A stretch of DNA of 64,000 nucleotides from an uncultured Pseudomonadota bacterium (GCA_903835655.1 CAILNT010000114.1:34410-98409), one strand, 5' to 3'; shown: positions 1-10,430, counted from the stretch's first letter. Numbers and translations are program-made. Notes: generated by a model from the sequence alone, not told the origin.

Positions 1-2
1 TC

Positions 3-1295
3 AAGGCCATCGCCGCCGCCTCCAGCGCCTCTGTCCTCACCATTCCCAGCGCGCACGCCGGCCATACCAAGGGCCGTGTCGTCGTCGTCGGGGGCGGCTA
101 CGGTGGCGCTACCGCAGCCAAATACCTGCGCATGATGGATGGCGGCATCGACGTCACCCTGATCGAAGCCAACACCAGCTACACCTCCTGCCCGCTCTCC
201 AACGAAGTCGTTTCCGGTGAGCGTGACATCAAGACCCTGCAAGTCGGCTACGACGGACTCAAGAAGCACGGCGTCAACGTCGTGCATGACTGGGTCACCG
301 GCGTCGACACCACCAAGAAAGTGGTCAGCACCAAGGGCGGCAAGACCTTTGCCTACGACGCACTGATCCTCTCCCCCGGCGTCGAATTCGCCTACGGCGC
401 GGTCGAAGGCTATACGGAAGAACTGGCCAACACCAGCCTGCCGCATGCCTGGAAAGCCGGCCCCCAGACCTTGATGCTGAAGAAGCAGCTCGAAGCCATG
501 CCTGACGGCGGCAAATTCATCATCGCCGTTCCGCCCGGCCCGTTCCGCTGCCCCCCCGGCCCCTACGAGCGCGCCGCACAGGTCGCCTACTATTGCAAGA
601 CCCATGGTAAGGCCAAGTCCAAGATCCTGATCCTGGACTCCAACGACTCCTTCTCCAAGAAGCCGCTGTTCGAGCAGGCCTGGAAGGCGCTCTACGACGG
701 CATGATCGAATGGGTCCCGGGCGCCTCCGACGGCAAAGTGATCAAGGTCGACGCCAAGACCAAGACCTGCTTCACCAACTTCGGCGAACACCAGGGCGAT
801 GTCGTCAACATCATCCCGCCACATCACGCGGGCAAAGTCGCCAAAGACCTCGGCCTGGCCACGTTCAAGGACAAATGGTGTGAAGTGAAACCCGAAAGCA
901 TGGAGTCCAAGGGCCAGAAGGACATCTACGTGATCGGCGACTCCTGTGTCGGCGGCGAATTGGCCACCAACAACGGCTTCCCGAAGTCCGCTCACATGGC
1001 CATGACGCAAGCCAAGGTGGCCGTGGGTGCCATCATCGCCAAGATGAACGGCCTGCCGCTGCCGGTGCCCTACTACGTCAACACCTGCTACAGCGTGGTC
1101 GCGCCCGATTGGGGTTTCTCGGTGGTGCACGTGTATCGTGTCGAGAACAACGCCTGGGTCTACGTCAAGGAAGCCAGCGGCATCTCCCCGGTCACCATGC
1201 CGGACAAGTCGCCTGTACCCAAGCTCTATCGCAAGCTCGAGGCCGAGTACGCCGACGGCTGGCTGCGCAACGTCCTGGCAGACGCGTTCGCCTGA
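3..1295 (+). CDS. fccB: Flavocytochrome c sulfide dehydrogenase, flavoprotein subunit (FccB/SoxF-like); 5' end lies outside the window
   Basis: The frame is open from nt 3. It encodes the end of a Tat-like signal, then the Rossmann motif [17 protein letters not shown] and the CPLSN, ILSPG and GD motifs typical of FccB. The listed ATG at 132 is internal. Confidence 0.8.
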   Translation, partial: KAIAAASSASVLTIPSAHAGHTKGRVVVVGGGYGGATAAKYLRMMDGGIDVTLIEANTSYTSCPLSNEVVSGERDIKTLQVGYDGLKKHGVNVVHDWVTGVDTTKKVVSTKGGKTFAYDALILSPGVEFAYGAVEGYTEELANTSLPHAWKAGPQTLMLKKQLEAMPDGGKFIIAVPPGPFRCPPGPYERAAQVAYYCKTHGKAKSKILILDSNDSFSKKPLFEQAWKALYDGMIEWVPGASDGKVIKVDAKTKTCFTNFGEHQGDVVNIIPPHHAGKVAKDLGLATFKDKWCEVKPESMESKGQKDIYVIGDSCVGGELATNNGFPKSAHMAMTQAKVAVGAIIAKMNGLPLPVPYYVNTCYSVVAPDWGFSVVHVYRVENNAWVYVKEASGISPVTMPDKSPVPKLYRKLEAEYADGWLRNVLADAFA

Positions 1296-1346
1296 TCCGG
1301 CACCCATCGGGTTTCTCCTGCGGGGAGGCCCGATTGCGAGCACCCG

Positions 1347-1370
1347 CTGCTGGCATCGCTGCCAGCAGCC
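1347..1370 (+). terminator. Perfect 10-bp stem hairpin downstream of fccB; possible terminator without a U-tract
   Basis: GCTGCTGGCA-tcgc-TGCCAGCAGC lies 52 nt after the fccB stop. No T-run follows it. Confidence 0.35.
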
Positions 1371-1411
1371 GGGTGAAGCCGTTGAGATTCATTACCACTG
1401 CGGGAGGGACC

Positions 1412-2062
1412 GTGCTACCGACTTTTTCGGACTTGATGCAAAATTCGATGGACGGCGTCTTCAGTATTGGCACCGGTCAGACGGTCGTGTCGTGGAATCG
1501 CGCCTGCGAAAGCATCACCGGCATTCCGGCCGCCAAGGCGCTAGGCAGTTGCTGCCACGATGTGCTGAGGGGGCAGGATACCAATGGACGTCCCCTATGC
1601 AAGTGCGACTGTCCCTTGAGTTCATTGGCCAAGGGCGGGCCGCCGCCCTCCACGTTGCCGATGCGCATCACCCATCAGGACGGCAAGAGAATACAACTGT
1701 GCGTGGGCACGATGCTGATGCCCTCGCAAACCCAGGACGAGTGGGCCGTGGTCCATGTGATGCGGCGCAGTCGCGGCATCAAGGACGCCGATTTTTTCGC
1801 CTGTAGCAGTCCGCCGGGCCCTGAAGCTTGCCCACCCGAACCCGCGCAGCACAACGCCGCGCTTCTGACCAACCGTGAACGCGACGTTCTGGCCCTGCTG
1901 GCCGAAGGCAGCGGCGCCGAAGCGATATCCGTCATGCTCCACATCAGCGCCAGTACCGTGCGCAACCACATCCAGCGCCTGATGGCCAAACTGGGCGTGC
2001 ATTCCCGGCATGAGGCAGTAGCCTTTGCCCACCGCCACAACCTGGCGGGAAGTTCTCACTGA
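1412..2062 (+). CDS. PAS-domain / LuxR-type HTH transcriptional regulator with a Cys-rich PAS insert
   Basis: The C-terminus LTNRERDVLALLAEGSGAEAISVMLHISASTVRNHIQRLMAKLGV is a LuxR/GerE HTH. The N-terminal half is PAS-like. A GTG at 1412 follows GGGAGGGA; the alternative ATG is at 1436. The upstream part of ORF 1109..2062 overlaps fccB and is rejected. Confidence 0.75.
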   Translation: MLPTFSDLMQNSMDGVFSIGTGQTVVSWNRACESITGIPAAKALGSCCHDVLRGQDTNGRPLCKCDCPLSSLAKGGPPPSTLPMRITHQDGKRIQLCVGTMLMPSQTQDEWAVVHVMRRSRGIKDADFFACSSPPGPEACPPEPAQHNAALLTNRERDVLALLAEGSGAEAISVMLHISASTVRNHIQRLMAKLGVHSRHEAVAFAHRHNLAGSSH

Positions 2063-2195
2063 CTCACCCTCATACGTACAGCCTGCTTCACCCCTGACTT
2101 ATACTCGTTGCATGGGGCTGGCCTGCGCAGCTGCGTAGCGCCTTCGCGCCACCCGGCCCGCGTACAGGAATCCTTGCAATGAACGTAGGAGATTC

Positions 2196-2957
<762 letters not shown>

Positions 2958-2980
2958 CGTCGCGGCCTGAGGGCGCCGGC

Positions 2981-3721
2981 GTGTCCCGCGGACACTCCAT
3001 CGCGGTTTGCGCGCTGGCGATTTTGATGTCTCGGGCGGCCTACTGCGCCCATCCGATGCTGAGCGAGGACGCGGGCACGCAGGGCGCCGGAAACGCTGAA
3101 ATCGAATTCGGCCACAGCTGGACTCGCGAAGACGGCGATCTTTCCCGCTTGTTTCAGCCGCAGTTCTCGTATGGTTATGCCCAGACCGTGGACTTGATCC
3201 TGCAACCGTCCTGGTTGGCGAACACCAGCGCGAGCGGCGGCCATGGGTTTGGCGATACCAATCTCGACGCAAAATGGCGCTTCCACACGGCCGCGCCCTG
3301 GTCCTGGGCGGTGCGCGCTGGCCTCGAATTGGTTACGGCGGAACACGGGCAGGGGTTACCCTATGGCAAGGTGTCACCCCACGCGGCATGGATTGCCACG
3401 ATCGAGGCGTCGCCTTTCATCTTGGATATGAACCTGGGCTATGCGTTTGTCCCGGATTCTCCAAGACTGCGCAGCGACCTCTACCATGTCTCGGGCGCGG
3501 CGATCTGGGCCGTCCACGACAGGCTCAGCCTGACGCTCGACATCGCGCTGGACTCAGACCCGGATCCCGCGAAGAACCGCCCACCCGCAACCCTGCTCGC
3601 CGGCGTCATCTATACGGTGGTGCCGGGCCTGGATGTGGACGCAGGCTACCTGACCGGTCTCAATTCTCCAGCCAGCGCGAAGCAATGGTTGTTTGGCGTC
3701 ACGTATCGCTGGACGCCATAG
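2981..3721 (+). CDS. Putative outer-membrane beta-barrel protein (MetA-pathway/transporter-like family)
   Basis: Has an N-terminal signal, alternating-residue beta-strand pattern, a GDTNLDAKWRF motif and a terminal aromatic (..GVTYRWTP). GTG start. Family assignment is tentative. Confidence 0.5.
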   Translation: MSRGHSIAVCALAILMSRAAYCAHPMLSEDAGTQGAGNAEIEFGHSWTREDGDLSRLFQPQFSYGYAQTVDLILQPSWLANTSASGGHGFGDTNLDAKWRFHTAAPWSWAVRAGLELVTAEHGQGLPYGKVSPHAAWIATIEASPFILDMNLGYAFVPDSPRLRSDLYHVSGAAIWAVHDRLSLTLDIALDSDPDPAKNRPPATLLAGVIYTVVPGLDVDAGYLTGLNSPASAKQWLFGVTYRWTP

Positions 3722-3746
3722 GCGATCGGAGATACCGGTTTGTTCG

Positions 3747-4709
3747 TCATTTCCGCGCAGCGGGAATGGTGGGAGCCACAGTACCCAAGCTGCCGGCCTG
3801 TAAATCGGCGTGGTAACTGGAACGTACCATCGGCCCGCTGGCCACATTCCTGAAACCCAACTCCAGGGCGAGACGCCCGAATTCCGCGAATTGTTCCGGT
3901 GTCACGAAGCGCTCCACCGGCAGATGGTGCGCGGATGGTTGCAGGTACTGGCCGAGGGTGAGCATGTCCACCTGGTGGGCGCGCAGGTCGCGCAGCACGT
4001 CCAACACTTCCGTATCCGTCTCGCCCAGGCCCAGCATGAGGCCGGACTTGGTCGGCACACTCGGGCAGCGCTGCTTGAAGGCTTGCAGCAGCCACAGCGA
4101 ATGCGCGTAGTCGGCGCCGGGGCGACAGGCCGGGTAGAGACGCGGCACAGTTTCCAGATTATGGTTCATCACGTCGGGCGGCTCGCTGCACAGGAGTTCG
4201 AGGGCCGGATCGAGGCGGCCACGAAAGTCCGGGGTGAGGATCTCGATGCGGGTGCCGGGCGAAACGTCGCGGGCGGCGCGGAGGCAAGCGACGAAATGCC
4301 CTGCGCCGCCGTCCTTCAGGTCGTCGCGATCGACGCTGGTGATGACCACGTATTTCAAGCGCATCAGGGCCAGGGTTTGGGCCAGATGGCGCGGTTCTTC
4401 GGCATCGGGCGGCAGCGGCTTGCCATGGCCGACATCGCAAAAAGGGCAGCGCCGTGTACACAGATCGCCCAGGATCATGAAGGTCGCAGTGCCGTGGCGG
4501 AAGCATTCACCCAGGTTGGGGCAGGAAGCCTCCTCGCAAACCGTATGCAGCCGGGCTTCGCGCAATATCGCCTTGAGCTCGATCACTTCCGGAGCCGAAG
4601 GGGCCTGTGCCTTGATCCAGGCCGGCAGCTTCAGCCGCGGCTTGGGTACGATCTTGATGGGGATGCGCGCGGTCTTGGCCGCGCCCTTGTGGAGTTCGGA
4701 GTCGGCCAT
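3747..4709 (-). CDS. lipA: Lipoyl synthase
   Basis: Contains [13 protein letters not shown] and the radical-SAM [10 protein letters not shown] motif, at full LipA length. The start is taken at MADSELHK; the longer ORF overlaps the upstream gene. Confidence 0.95.
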   Translation of the reverse strand: MADSELHKGAAKTARIPIKIVPKPRLKLPAWIKAQAPSAPEVIELKAILREARLHTVCEEASCPNLGECFRHGTATFMILGDLCTRRCPFCDVGHGKPLPPDAEEPRHLAQTLALMRLKYVVITSVDRDDLKDGGAGHFVACLRAARDVSPGTRIEILTPDFRGRLDPALELLCSEPPDVMNHNLETVPRLYPACRPGADYAHSLWLLQAFKQRCPSVPTKSGLMLGLGETDTEVLDVLRDLRAHQVDMLTLGQYLQPSAHHLPVERFVTPEQFAEFGRLALELGFRNVASGPMVRSSYHADLQAGSLGTVAPTIPAARK

Positions 4710-4746
4710 GGGGTGCGTCAACAGGAAGGGCTTACCGCTTAAGTTG

Positions 4747-5316
4747 TCACGGCTTCCCGGCAATATCTCCGCGATTGGCATCGGTGATCGGCGCGGTCGG
4801 CATGGTTGCACCGATCGCGTTCAGGGAATAGCCCTTGGCCTGCCAATAGGCCAGCGCATAGGGGCCCGCCGGAACCACCGTCACAAACCCTTGCAGGTCT
4901 TCCGGTTTGAATCCCTGAGCCTTGGCCGCGTTATTGCAAATCTCGATGCGTATGCCTTGCTTGGTTAAGCTGGCGGCCCGATCCACGATGTCCTTGTACT
5001 TCGTGTAGTTCTTCTTGGCCCAGACGACGATCTCAGGGCCGTGGGAGACGATCACGATCTTCAATGGATCCATTTCGTTCGGCCCGTACTCGCTCGTCGC
5101 CTTCATGAGCGCGGCAACGTTGTTGAACACCATGCCTACGGCCTTTGGATCCGAAAAATTGAAGTCCCATACGGCCTTCAATTGCTGGATGCTGTTGATG
5201 TCAGAGTAAGACTCGAACCTGGCCGAACCGTAGGGACTATCGGTCTGGGCCATGGCCGGCATGGCAATCAGGGCCGACAGTAGAAGCAGGGATACTGCGC
5301 GATGTTTGGTATTCAT
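4747..5316 (-). CDS. DsrE/DsrF-like family protein with a signal peptide (predicted periplasmic)
   Basis: [23 protein letters not shown] signal, then a DsrE-fold pattern ([21 protein letters not shown]). Confidence 0.7.
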   Translation of the reverse strand: MNTKHRAVSLLLLSALIAMPAMAQTDSPYGSARFESYSDINSIQQLKAVWDFNFSDPKAVGMVFNNVAALMKATSEYGPNEMDPLKIVIVSHGPEIVVWAKKNYTKYKDIVDRAASLTKQGIRIEICNNAAKAQGFKPEDLQGFVTVVPAGPYALAYWQAKGYSLNAIGATMPTAPITDANRGDIAGKP

Positions 5317-5584
5317 TATTCTCTTCGGGTAACGGGTGGAGTGACTCAACAAGCTTTCCAGCTTCGCTTCGAACACAGCGCCCGAGACTACCATCGACCG
5401 CATCGGGTTGGGAACCTATCACCCTGGCGCACCTTCCCCCCTATGGTGCCTGCATGGAATAAACATACGATGGTCACGCATGCAAATCTACCCACTACGT
5501 CCGGCTGGATGAGGTTCGTAAAAGGGCCCGGATACAATCGTGCTACCTTGCCCAACCCTCATTTCTGTGACCGAATTCAGCCTC

Positions 5585-6580
5585 ATGCGTCCTTTTCTTC
5601 CCGCGCTCCTCCTGCTGCTGATTTCGGTATCAGTACACGCGGCCGAACCCGCGTACCACGTCACGCGCCGGGAGGTTCTGCCGGGTGATGTCCGCTGGGA
5701 TTACCTGTCCTACGACGCCAGGAACAAACGCCTCTTCCTAACCCGAGGGGACCATGTGGAGGTCTACGACACCACGCTTGGTCACGTGATTGGCGAAATT
5801 CCCGAAACACCGGGTGTTCACGGTGTTGCCCTGGCACCCGATCTCGACAAGGGCTTCACCAGCAACGGCCGCAGCAACACGGTCACCATCTTTGAACTCT
5901 CCTCGTTGCGTGTGCTCGGCACACTACCAACCGAGCGCAATCCAGACGCCATCGCCTATGACCCGTTCACCCGGCGCGTTTTCGCGGCCAACGGCAAATC
6001 GGGCAATCTGACCGTCATCGACGCCGTGAATGACAAGGTTCTTGCCACGGTCTCCATCGGCGGCAAGCTCGAATTCGAGGCCGTGGATGGCAAGGGGCAC
6101 CTCTACGTGAATATCGAAGACCTGAATGCCCTGGCCGTCGTGGACACGGCCGCGCTCAGCGTTCTGGCCCGCCATGACCTGTCGGCCAGTTGTCGCGAAC
6201 CTGCCGGCCTGTCCATCGACGCTGCGGGTGAACGACTGTTCGTTGGCTGCCGCAACCAGGTGATGGCCGTGGTGTCCGGCGTCACAGGTCAGATTCTGGC
6301 GGTCGTGCCGATAGGCAAGGGGAGCGACGCCACCGCCTATGACCGCGATTTGCACCTTGCTTTCAGCTCGAACGGTGATGGCACACTGACGGTCATCTCG
6401 ACCGATTCTTACACGGTGTTGCAGACATTGGTAACCCAGCCAAACGCGCGCACCCTGGCCCTGGATGCCGTTGGCCACCATATATACACCGTCGCCGCAG
6501 AGCGAGATGAACCTGGCACGTCGAGCACCCGACCACATTTGAAGCCGGGCACGTTCACCCTGATCACCGTTTCGCGCTAG
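5585..6580 (+). CDS. YncE/YVTN-type beta-propeller repeat protein, secreted
   Basis: Signal MRPFLPALLLLLISVSVHA, then repeated ..G..P.G.A.D......V.N...N.V.VID.. blades. Confidence 0.7.
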   Translation: MRPFLPALLLLLISVSVHAAEPAYHVTRREVLPGDVRWDYLSYDARNKRLFLTRGDHVEVYDTTLGHVIGEIPETPGVHGVALAPDLDKGFTSNGRSNTVTIFELSSLRVLGTLPTERNPDAIAYDPFTRRVFAANGKSGNLTVIDAVNDKVLATVSIGGKLEFEAVDGKGHLYVNIEDLNALAVVDTAALSVLARHDLSASCREPAGLSIDAAGERLFVGCRNQVMAVVSGVTGQILAVVPIGKGSDATAYDRDLHLAFSSNGDGTLTVISTDSYTVLQTLVTQPNARTLALDAVGHHIYTVAAERDEPGTSSTRPHLKPGTFTLITVSR

Positions 6581-6841
6581 CCCATTCTGATTTGCCTATG
6601 GCTTCGCTATGTCCCGCAACCTGTTGATGGTCTCTGTCGGGGACCATTCCGTGTGTCTTTGCTTTCGCAGCCAAGAGGACAGGTTTTTCGCGCTGCGCTC
6701 GAAATCGATGGTCGGGAATTCAGGCGGCGTTTCAGATGCCATTCCGCACGCCTTTATGGTGCGCCCTCAACAGGATGCCCACCACAGGCCGGTGAAGGTG
6801 TCCGGCTTTTCCCGCCGTCGCGGTAGGGGCGGCTTGCTCGG

Positions 6842-7270
6842 CTAGACCACCACCACTTCCACCCGCTTGCCCAGGGCGTGCAAGGCGCGTTCCAGGGTGG
6901 GCACCTTGGTCGAATGCTTCGGGTCCAGGATGCGGCGGGCTTCCTTTTCGTCCAGGTCCATGCGCCGGGCCAGGTCGGACTTGCTGAGGCCTTGTTCCTT
7001 CATGGCCAGGTAGACCGCCGCTTTCATGGCGCTGCCCACCGGCAGGCAGGCCAGGCGCTCGCCCTTGCGGGCCTTGCTGGGCAGGGGGATTTCCAGGCCG
7101 TCTTCGATGCGCATCTCGATGGCGGCTTCCAGGGCGCCTTCGGCGGCTACGATGGCGGCTTCCAGGGTGTCGCCCTGGGTGATGGCTTCGGGAAGGTCGC
7201 GGCAGGTGACGACGAAGCCCCCATCCGCCACATCGGCGGCGAGGGTGACGGGGTAAGCGAAGCGTTGCAT
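6842..7270 (-). CDS. hicB: HicB-family antitoxin with a C-terminal HTH
   Basis: N-terminal HicB fold (YPVTLAADVADGGFVVTCRDLPEAITQGDTLEAA) and a C-terminal Xre-like HTH (GLSKSDLARRMDLDEKEARRIL). AGGAG RBS. Lies 8 nt after hicA. Confidence 0.85.
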   Translation of the reverse strand: MQRFAYPVTLAADVADGGFVVTCRDLPEAITQGDTLEAAIVAAEGALEAAIEMRIEDGLEIPLPSKARKGERLACLPVGSAMKAAVYLAMKEQGLSKSDLARRMDLDEKEARRILDPKHSTKVPTLERALHALGKRVEVVVV

Positions 7271-7278
7271 GGTGACTC

Positions 7279-7494
7279 CTAGAACAGGTCTTTCTCGCTC
7301 AGTCCCAATTGCTTGAGCATGGCGTGATAGGTGCCAGTTTTGAGTTCATCCTTCGGGTTCCTGACGATGGTTCGGGTGTCGCCCAGCTTCAGGACGCCGT
7401 GGGAGCCCTTGCCCATGTCGGGGTGCCAGGAACAGGCAAGCCCCCGCTCCCTGGCAAGTTTCTGAATCCGCTTGATGAACTCGCTACCTTTCAT
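7279..7494 (-). CDS. hicA: HicA-family mRNA interferase toxin
   Basis: A 71-aa protein, MKGSEFIKRIQKLARERGLACSWHPDMGKGSHGVLKLGD..., matching the HicA signature (G.GSH). Only the last 72 codons of ORF 7279..8148 are used. Confidence 0.85.
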   Translation of the reverse strand: MKGSEFIKRIQKLARERGLACSWHPDMGKGSHGVLKLGDTRTIVRNPKDELKTGTYHAMLKQLGLSEKDLF

Positions 7495-7507
7495 GCTGCG
7501 CAGTATC

Positions 7508-7521
7508 GGACATTTATGTCC
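7508..7521. promoter_or_regulatory. Perfect palindrome GGACAT-TT-ATGTCC just upstream of hicA (candidate HicB operator)
   Basis: Seen directly, 14 nt upstream of the hicA ATG. Its function is inferred from TA autoregulation. Confidence 0.3.
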
Positions 7522-7561
7522 GTCTTGATAGTGAGTATGCGGGGGGCGCCACGTCTGGCTG

Positions 7562-7652
7562 GATTCGCAGCCGATTCGCATGGATTCGCAGGGCATTCGC
7601 GCGCCGGAAAGCCCTATCCACGTGGAGATTCGCGGGGTTCGCGGGATTCGCA
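7562..7652. repeat. Array of seven GATTCGCA-type octamers in two phased clusters
   Basis: Copies start at 7562, 7573, 7583 and 7594 (10-11 bp spacing) and at 7627, 7636 and 7645 (9 bp spacing). The clusters flank a CCACGTGG palindrome. The array lies between the integrase stop and the hicA start. Confidence 0.8.
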
Positions 7653-7670
7653 AGGCTTTCGGCTGGCGCA

Positions 7671-9002
7671 TCAGGCCACCCGATGCAGTTGCACCACGTT
7701 CTTGCCCGTCGCCAGGATTTCGATTCGTTCCGCCCAGGCCTTCAAGGCCGCCTCGCGTTGCGGCAGGTGTTCGGCGTGGTTGTAGTGGGCCAGAACGCCG
7801 GGAAGTACGTGGTTGGCGATCTTGTTGCCGATGAACGGCTCGAAGCCCAGGTCGGGCAGGCGTGAAATCAGGGTGCGGCGCAGGTCGTGAACGTGGCAGG
7901 GGGAGACGCCGGCCAGGGTGCCGCGCTTGAACAGCGTCAGCAGGGCATTGTTCACGCTGCGCCCGTAGACGGGCTGGCCAGGCAGTAGGGGTGACTCGAA
8001 GGCGAAGCGGCATTGGCCCGTGAGTTTTTTCAAGTCGATCAGGATAGCCACCGCCTGGGGCGCCAGATGAACCAGGTGGGCGCGCTGCTTCTTGGTTCGG
8101 CTGGCGGGGATATGCCAGAGGCCGGCGGCCAGGTCGAATTCCGGCCATTCGGCGTCGGTTACCTCGCGCTCCCGCTGCCCTGTCAGGATCAGCAGCTTGA
8201 GGGCGGCGACGGTCACGGGATCAGCCTTGCAGCGTCGCGGGTCATGCAGTACGCGCCAGAGTTGCACCAGTTCATCAAGCCGCAAGGTCATTTCCCGCTT
8301 CCCCGGCTTGGCGTCCACGTCGCGGCGGGTAATTTCTTCGATGGGCGAGGTGGCCACCCATTCCCGGACGATTGCGAAGCGCCATAGCCGCTTGGCCTGG
8401 GTGAGGCATTCGCCGGCCAGCAGCTTGGCGGTTCGGCCTTCGTTCTGGCCGGCGCCGATTTGGTCCAGGGCTTGCAGCAGGTCTTGCCGGGTTACGTCGC
8501 GGATTTTCTTGTCGCCGATGTAGGCGGCCAGCCGATCCAGGCGATAGCGGATGGCATCGGCACTCTTCTTGCCGGCCATGATTTTTTCCATGAAGACTTC
8601 GATGGCCTTGGCGACGCTGGGCTGGGCGGCCTCGGCTGCTTCGGCCGCCAGTCTGGCGACGACGGCGGCCCGCTCCGCCGCCATCCTGTCTTCCCATTCC
8701 GCCACCGGGTCATGGCCGGACTGGCGCGCCGCCTTCCATTCGCCGGCGATGGCGCGCGCCTGGGTGAGGGACTGGCGGCCATGCCGCAGCCACTCTTCCA
8801 GGCTGGCGCCTGGGGCGCCGTCGCGGTCGTACTGTCCGATGGTGTATTTTGTCCGCCTGCCCATGAATTCATATTCGATGATCCAGGTCTTGGTTCCGTG
8901 GGGACGGATTCTCATGAAGAGCCCGTCGCCGTCGCCTAGCAGCCGGTCCCGGCTCGGGTCCGGTTTGGCGCTCTCGAAGGTCGTTGCCGCGCGTTTGCCC
9001 AT
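7671..9002 (-). CDS. int: Tyrosine-type site-specific integrase (P4-like, with an N-terminal arm-binding domain)
   Basis: N-terminus GLFMRIRPHGTKTWIIEYEFMGRRTKYTIGQY (DUF4102-like). The C-terminal catalytic region carries ..HDLRRT.. and ..LAHY... The start is taken at MGKRAAT. Confidence 0.9.
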   Translation of the reverse strand: MGKRAATTFESAKPDPSRDRLLGDGDGLFMRIRPHGTKTWIIEYEFMGRRTKYTIGQYDRDGAPGASLEEWLRHGRQSLTQARAIAGEWKAARQSGHDPVAEWEDRMAAERAAVVARLAAEAAEAAQPSVAKAIEVFMEKIMAGKKSADAIRYRLDRLAAYIGDKKIRDVTRQDLLQALDQIGAGQNEGRTAKLLAGECLTQAKRLWRFAIVREWVATSPIEEITRRDVDAKPGKREMTLRLDELVQLWRVLHDPRRCKADPVTVAALKLLILTGQREREVTDAEWPEFDLAAGLWHIPASRTKKQRAHLVHLAPQAVAILIDLKKLTGQCRFAFESPLLPGQPVYGRSVNNALLTLFKRGTLAGVSPCHVHDLRRTLISRLPDLGFEPFIGNKIANHVLPGVLAHYNHAEHLPQREAALKAWAERIEILATGKNVVQLHRVA

Positions 9003-9024
9003 AGCGTTCTTCCTGGGGAGGATT

Positions 9025-9103
9025 CCCACCCAATTCTGGGTGGGGGATTTTTGGGTGGGGTTCTGGGTGGGACTATGGGCTGGATTGTAGGAAACAGGGT
9101 GGG
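9025..9103. repeat. TGGGTGGG motif array: one inverted pair plus 3 direct copies, immediately upstream of int
   Basis: CCCACCCA (9025-9032)-ATTC-TGGGTGGG (9037-9044); further copies at 9052-9059 and 9064-9071; GGGTGGG at 9097-9103. Confidence 0.75.
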
Positions 9104-9183
9104 ACAGGGAAAGACACAATTATTTCTAACTTATTGCCATTATTGATATATTTAAGATGGCATAAAACTTGATTGGACTACTT

Positions 9184-9645
<462 letters not shown>

Positions 9646-9710
9646 ACGGCCTATGGCCCGCAACCGGGCACCATCGGGATAATCCCCGACCACAACCATA
9701 GTGAGCCCTC

Positions 9711-10430
9711 ATGCGCCTGACTACTCTGCTGTTGACCCTGCTGCTGACTCTGCCCGCTTTCGCCTCCGATTACGCCCGCGAGCAGCGCTGGGCCGATGAA
9801 GTGATTCCGGCCGCACTGGTCGGCGATCCGGTCTGGTTGCAACAGGAAAACGGGCACAAGTTCCTGGGGCTCTATACCGAGGCGCCCCAGGCCAAGGCCG
9901 CCATCCTCATCGTCCATGGGCGGGGTGTGCATCCGGACTGGAATTTGATCGGTACCCTGCGGCAACGCCTGCCCGAGATGGGCTATACGACCTTGTCGCT
10001 GCAAATGCCGGTCCTGGCGGCCGAGGCCGTGAACAAGGATTACCCACCCACTTTCCCCGAAGCGGCGTCACGCATCGCCGAGGGCGTGGCCTTCCTGCAA
10101 GCACATGGTTACAAAAAGGTCATCCTGGACTCGCACAGCCTGGGTTGCAGCATGGTCGAGCGCTATCTGGAACTGAACCCGCAAGCGCCGGTCCTGACCT
10201 GGATGGCCATCGGCGCGCCCGGCACGCTGGGTTCCGGCCGGCTGAAATTCCCCATCCTGGACCTGACCGGCGAGAACGATCTGCCCGATGTATTGGAAGC
10301 CCGTGCGCGACGCACCAAGACAAAGGGCGCGTTCACGCAGATCACGGCACCCGGGACCAATCATTTCTTCGATGGCCATGAGCAGGATCTACTCGACTAT
10401 GAGCGCGCCTTCCTGGAGCGCACCCTGTGA
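9711..10430 (+). CDS. Secreted alpha/beta-hydrolase-fold protein (DUF3530-like)
   Basis: Has a signal peptide, an ILIVHGRG oxyanion region and a nucleophile-elbow-like DSHSLGC. Confidence 0.6.
   Translation: MRLTTLLLTLLLTLPAFASDYAREQRWADEVIPAALVGDPVWLQQENGHKFLGLYTEAPQAKAAILIVHGRGVHPDWNLIGTLRQRLPEMGYTTLSLQMPVLAAEAVNKDYPPTFPEAASRIAEGVAFLQAHGYKKVILDSHSLGCSMVERYLELNPQAPVLTWMAIGAPGTLGSGRLKFPILDLTGENDLPDVLEARARRTKTKGAFTQITAPGTNHFFDGHEQDLLDYERAFLERTL

Larger units (their letters stand above)
6842..9110 (-). mobile_element. Minimal integrative islet (tyrosine integrase plus hicAB); boundaries and att sites not identified
   Basis: A P4-type integrase and a type II TA pair are flanked by unrelated core genes. 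An AT-rich junction lies at about 9115-9183. No tRNA gene or direct repeat could be found by eye. Confidence 0.45.

Noticed and set aside
1109-1411. The 5' part of ORF 1109..2062(+), and ORF 1138..1806(+).
   Set aside because: They overlap the fccB 3' end out of frame. The PAS-LuxR similarity starts only after the fccB stop.
6609-6845. A 78-aa ORF in the spacer left of hicB.
   Set aside because: It has no RBS, no recognisable family and an odd composition. It is probably non-coding island-border DNA.
7495-8148. The N-terminal 217 codons of the 289-aa ORF 7279..8148(-).
   Set aside because: Only the last 71 residues match HicA. The upstream part overlaps the 3' end of the integrase gene in another frame and is Pro/Arg-rich junk.
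9003-9183. I expected a tRNA or tmRNA gene next to the P4-type integrase.
   Set aside because: No T-loop (GGTTCGAnTCC-like) or acceptor-stem pattern is present here, nor anywhere else I scanned in the window.
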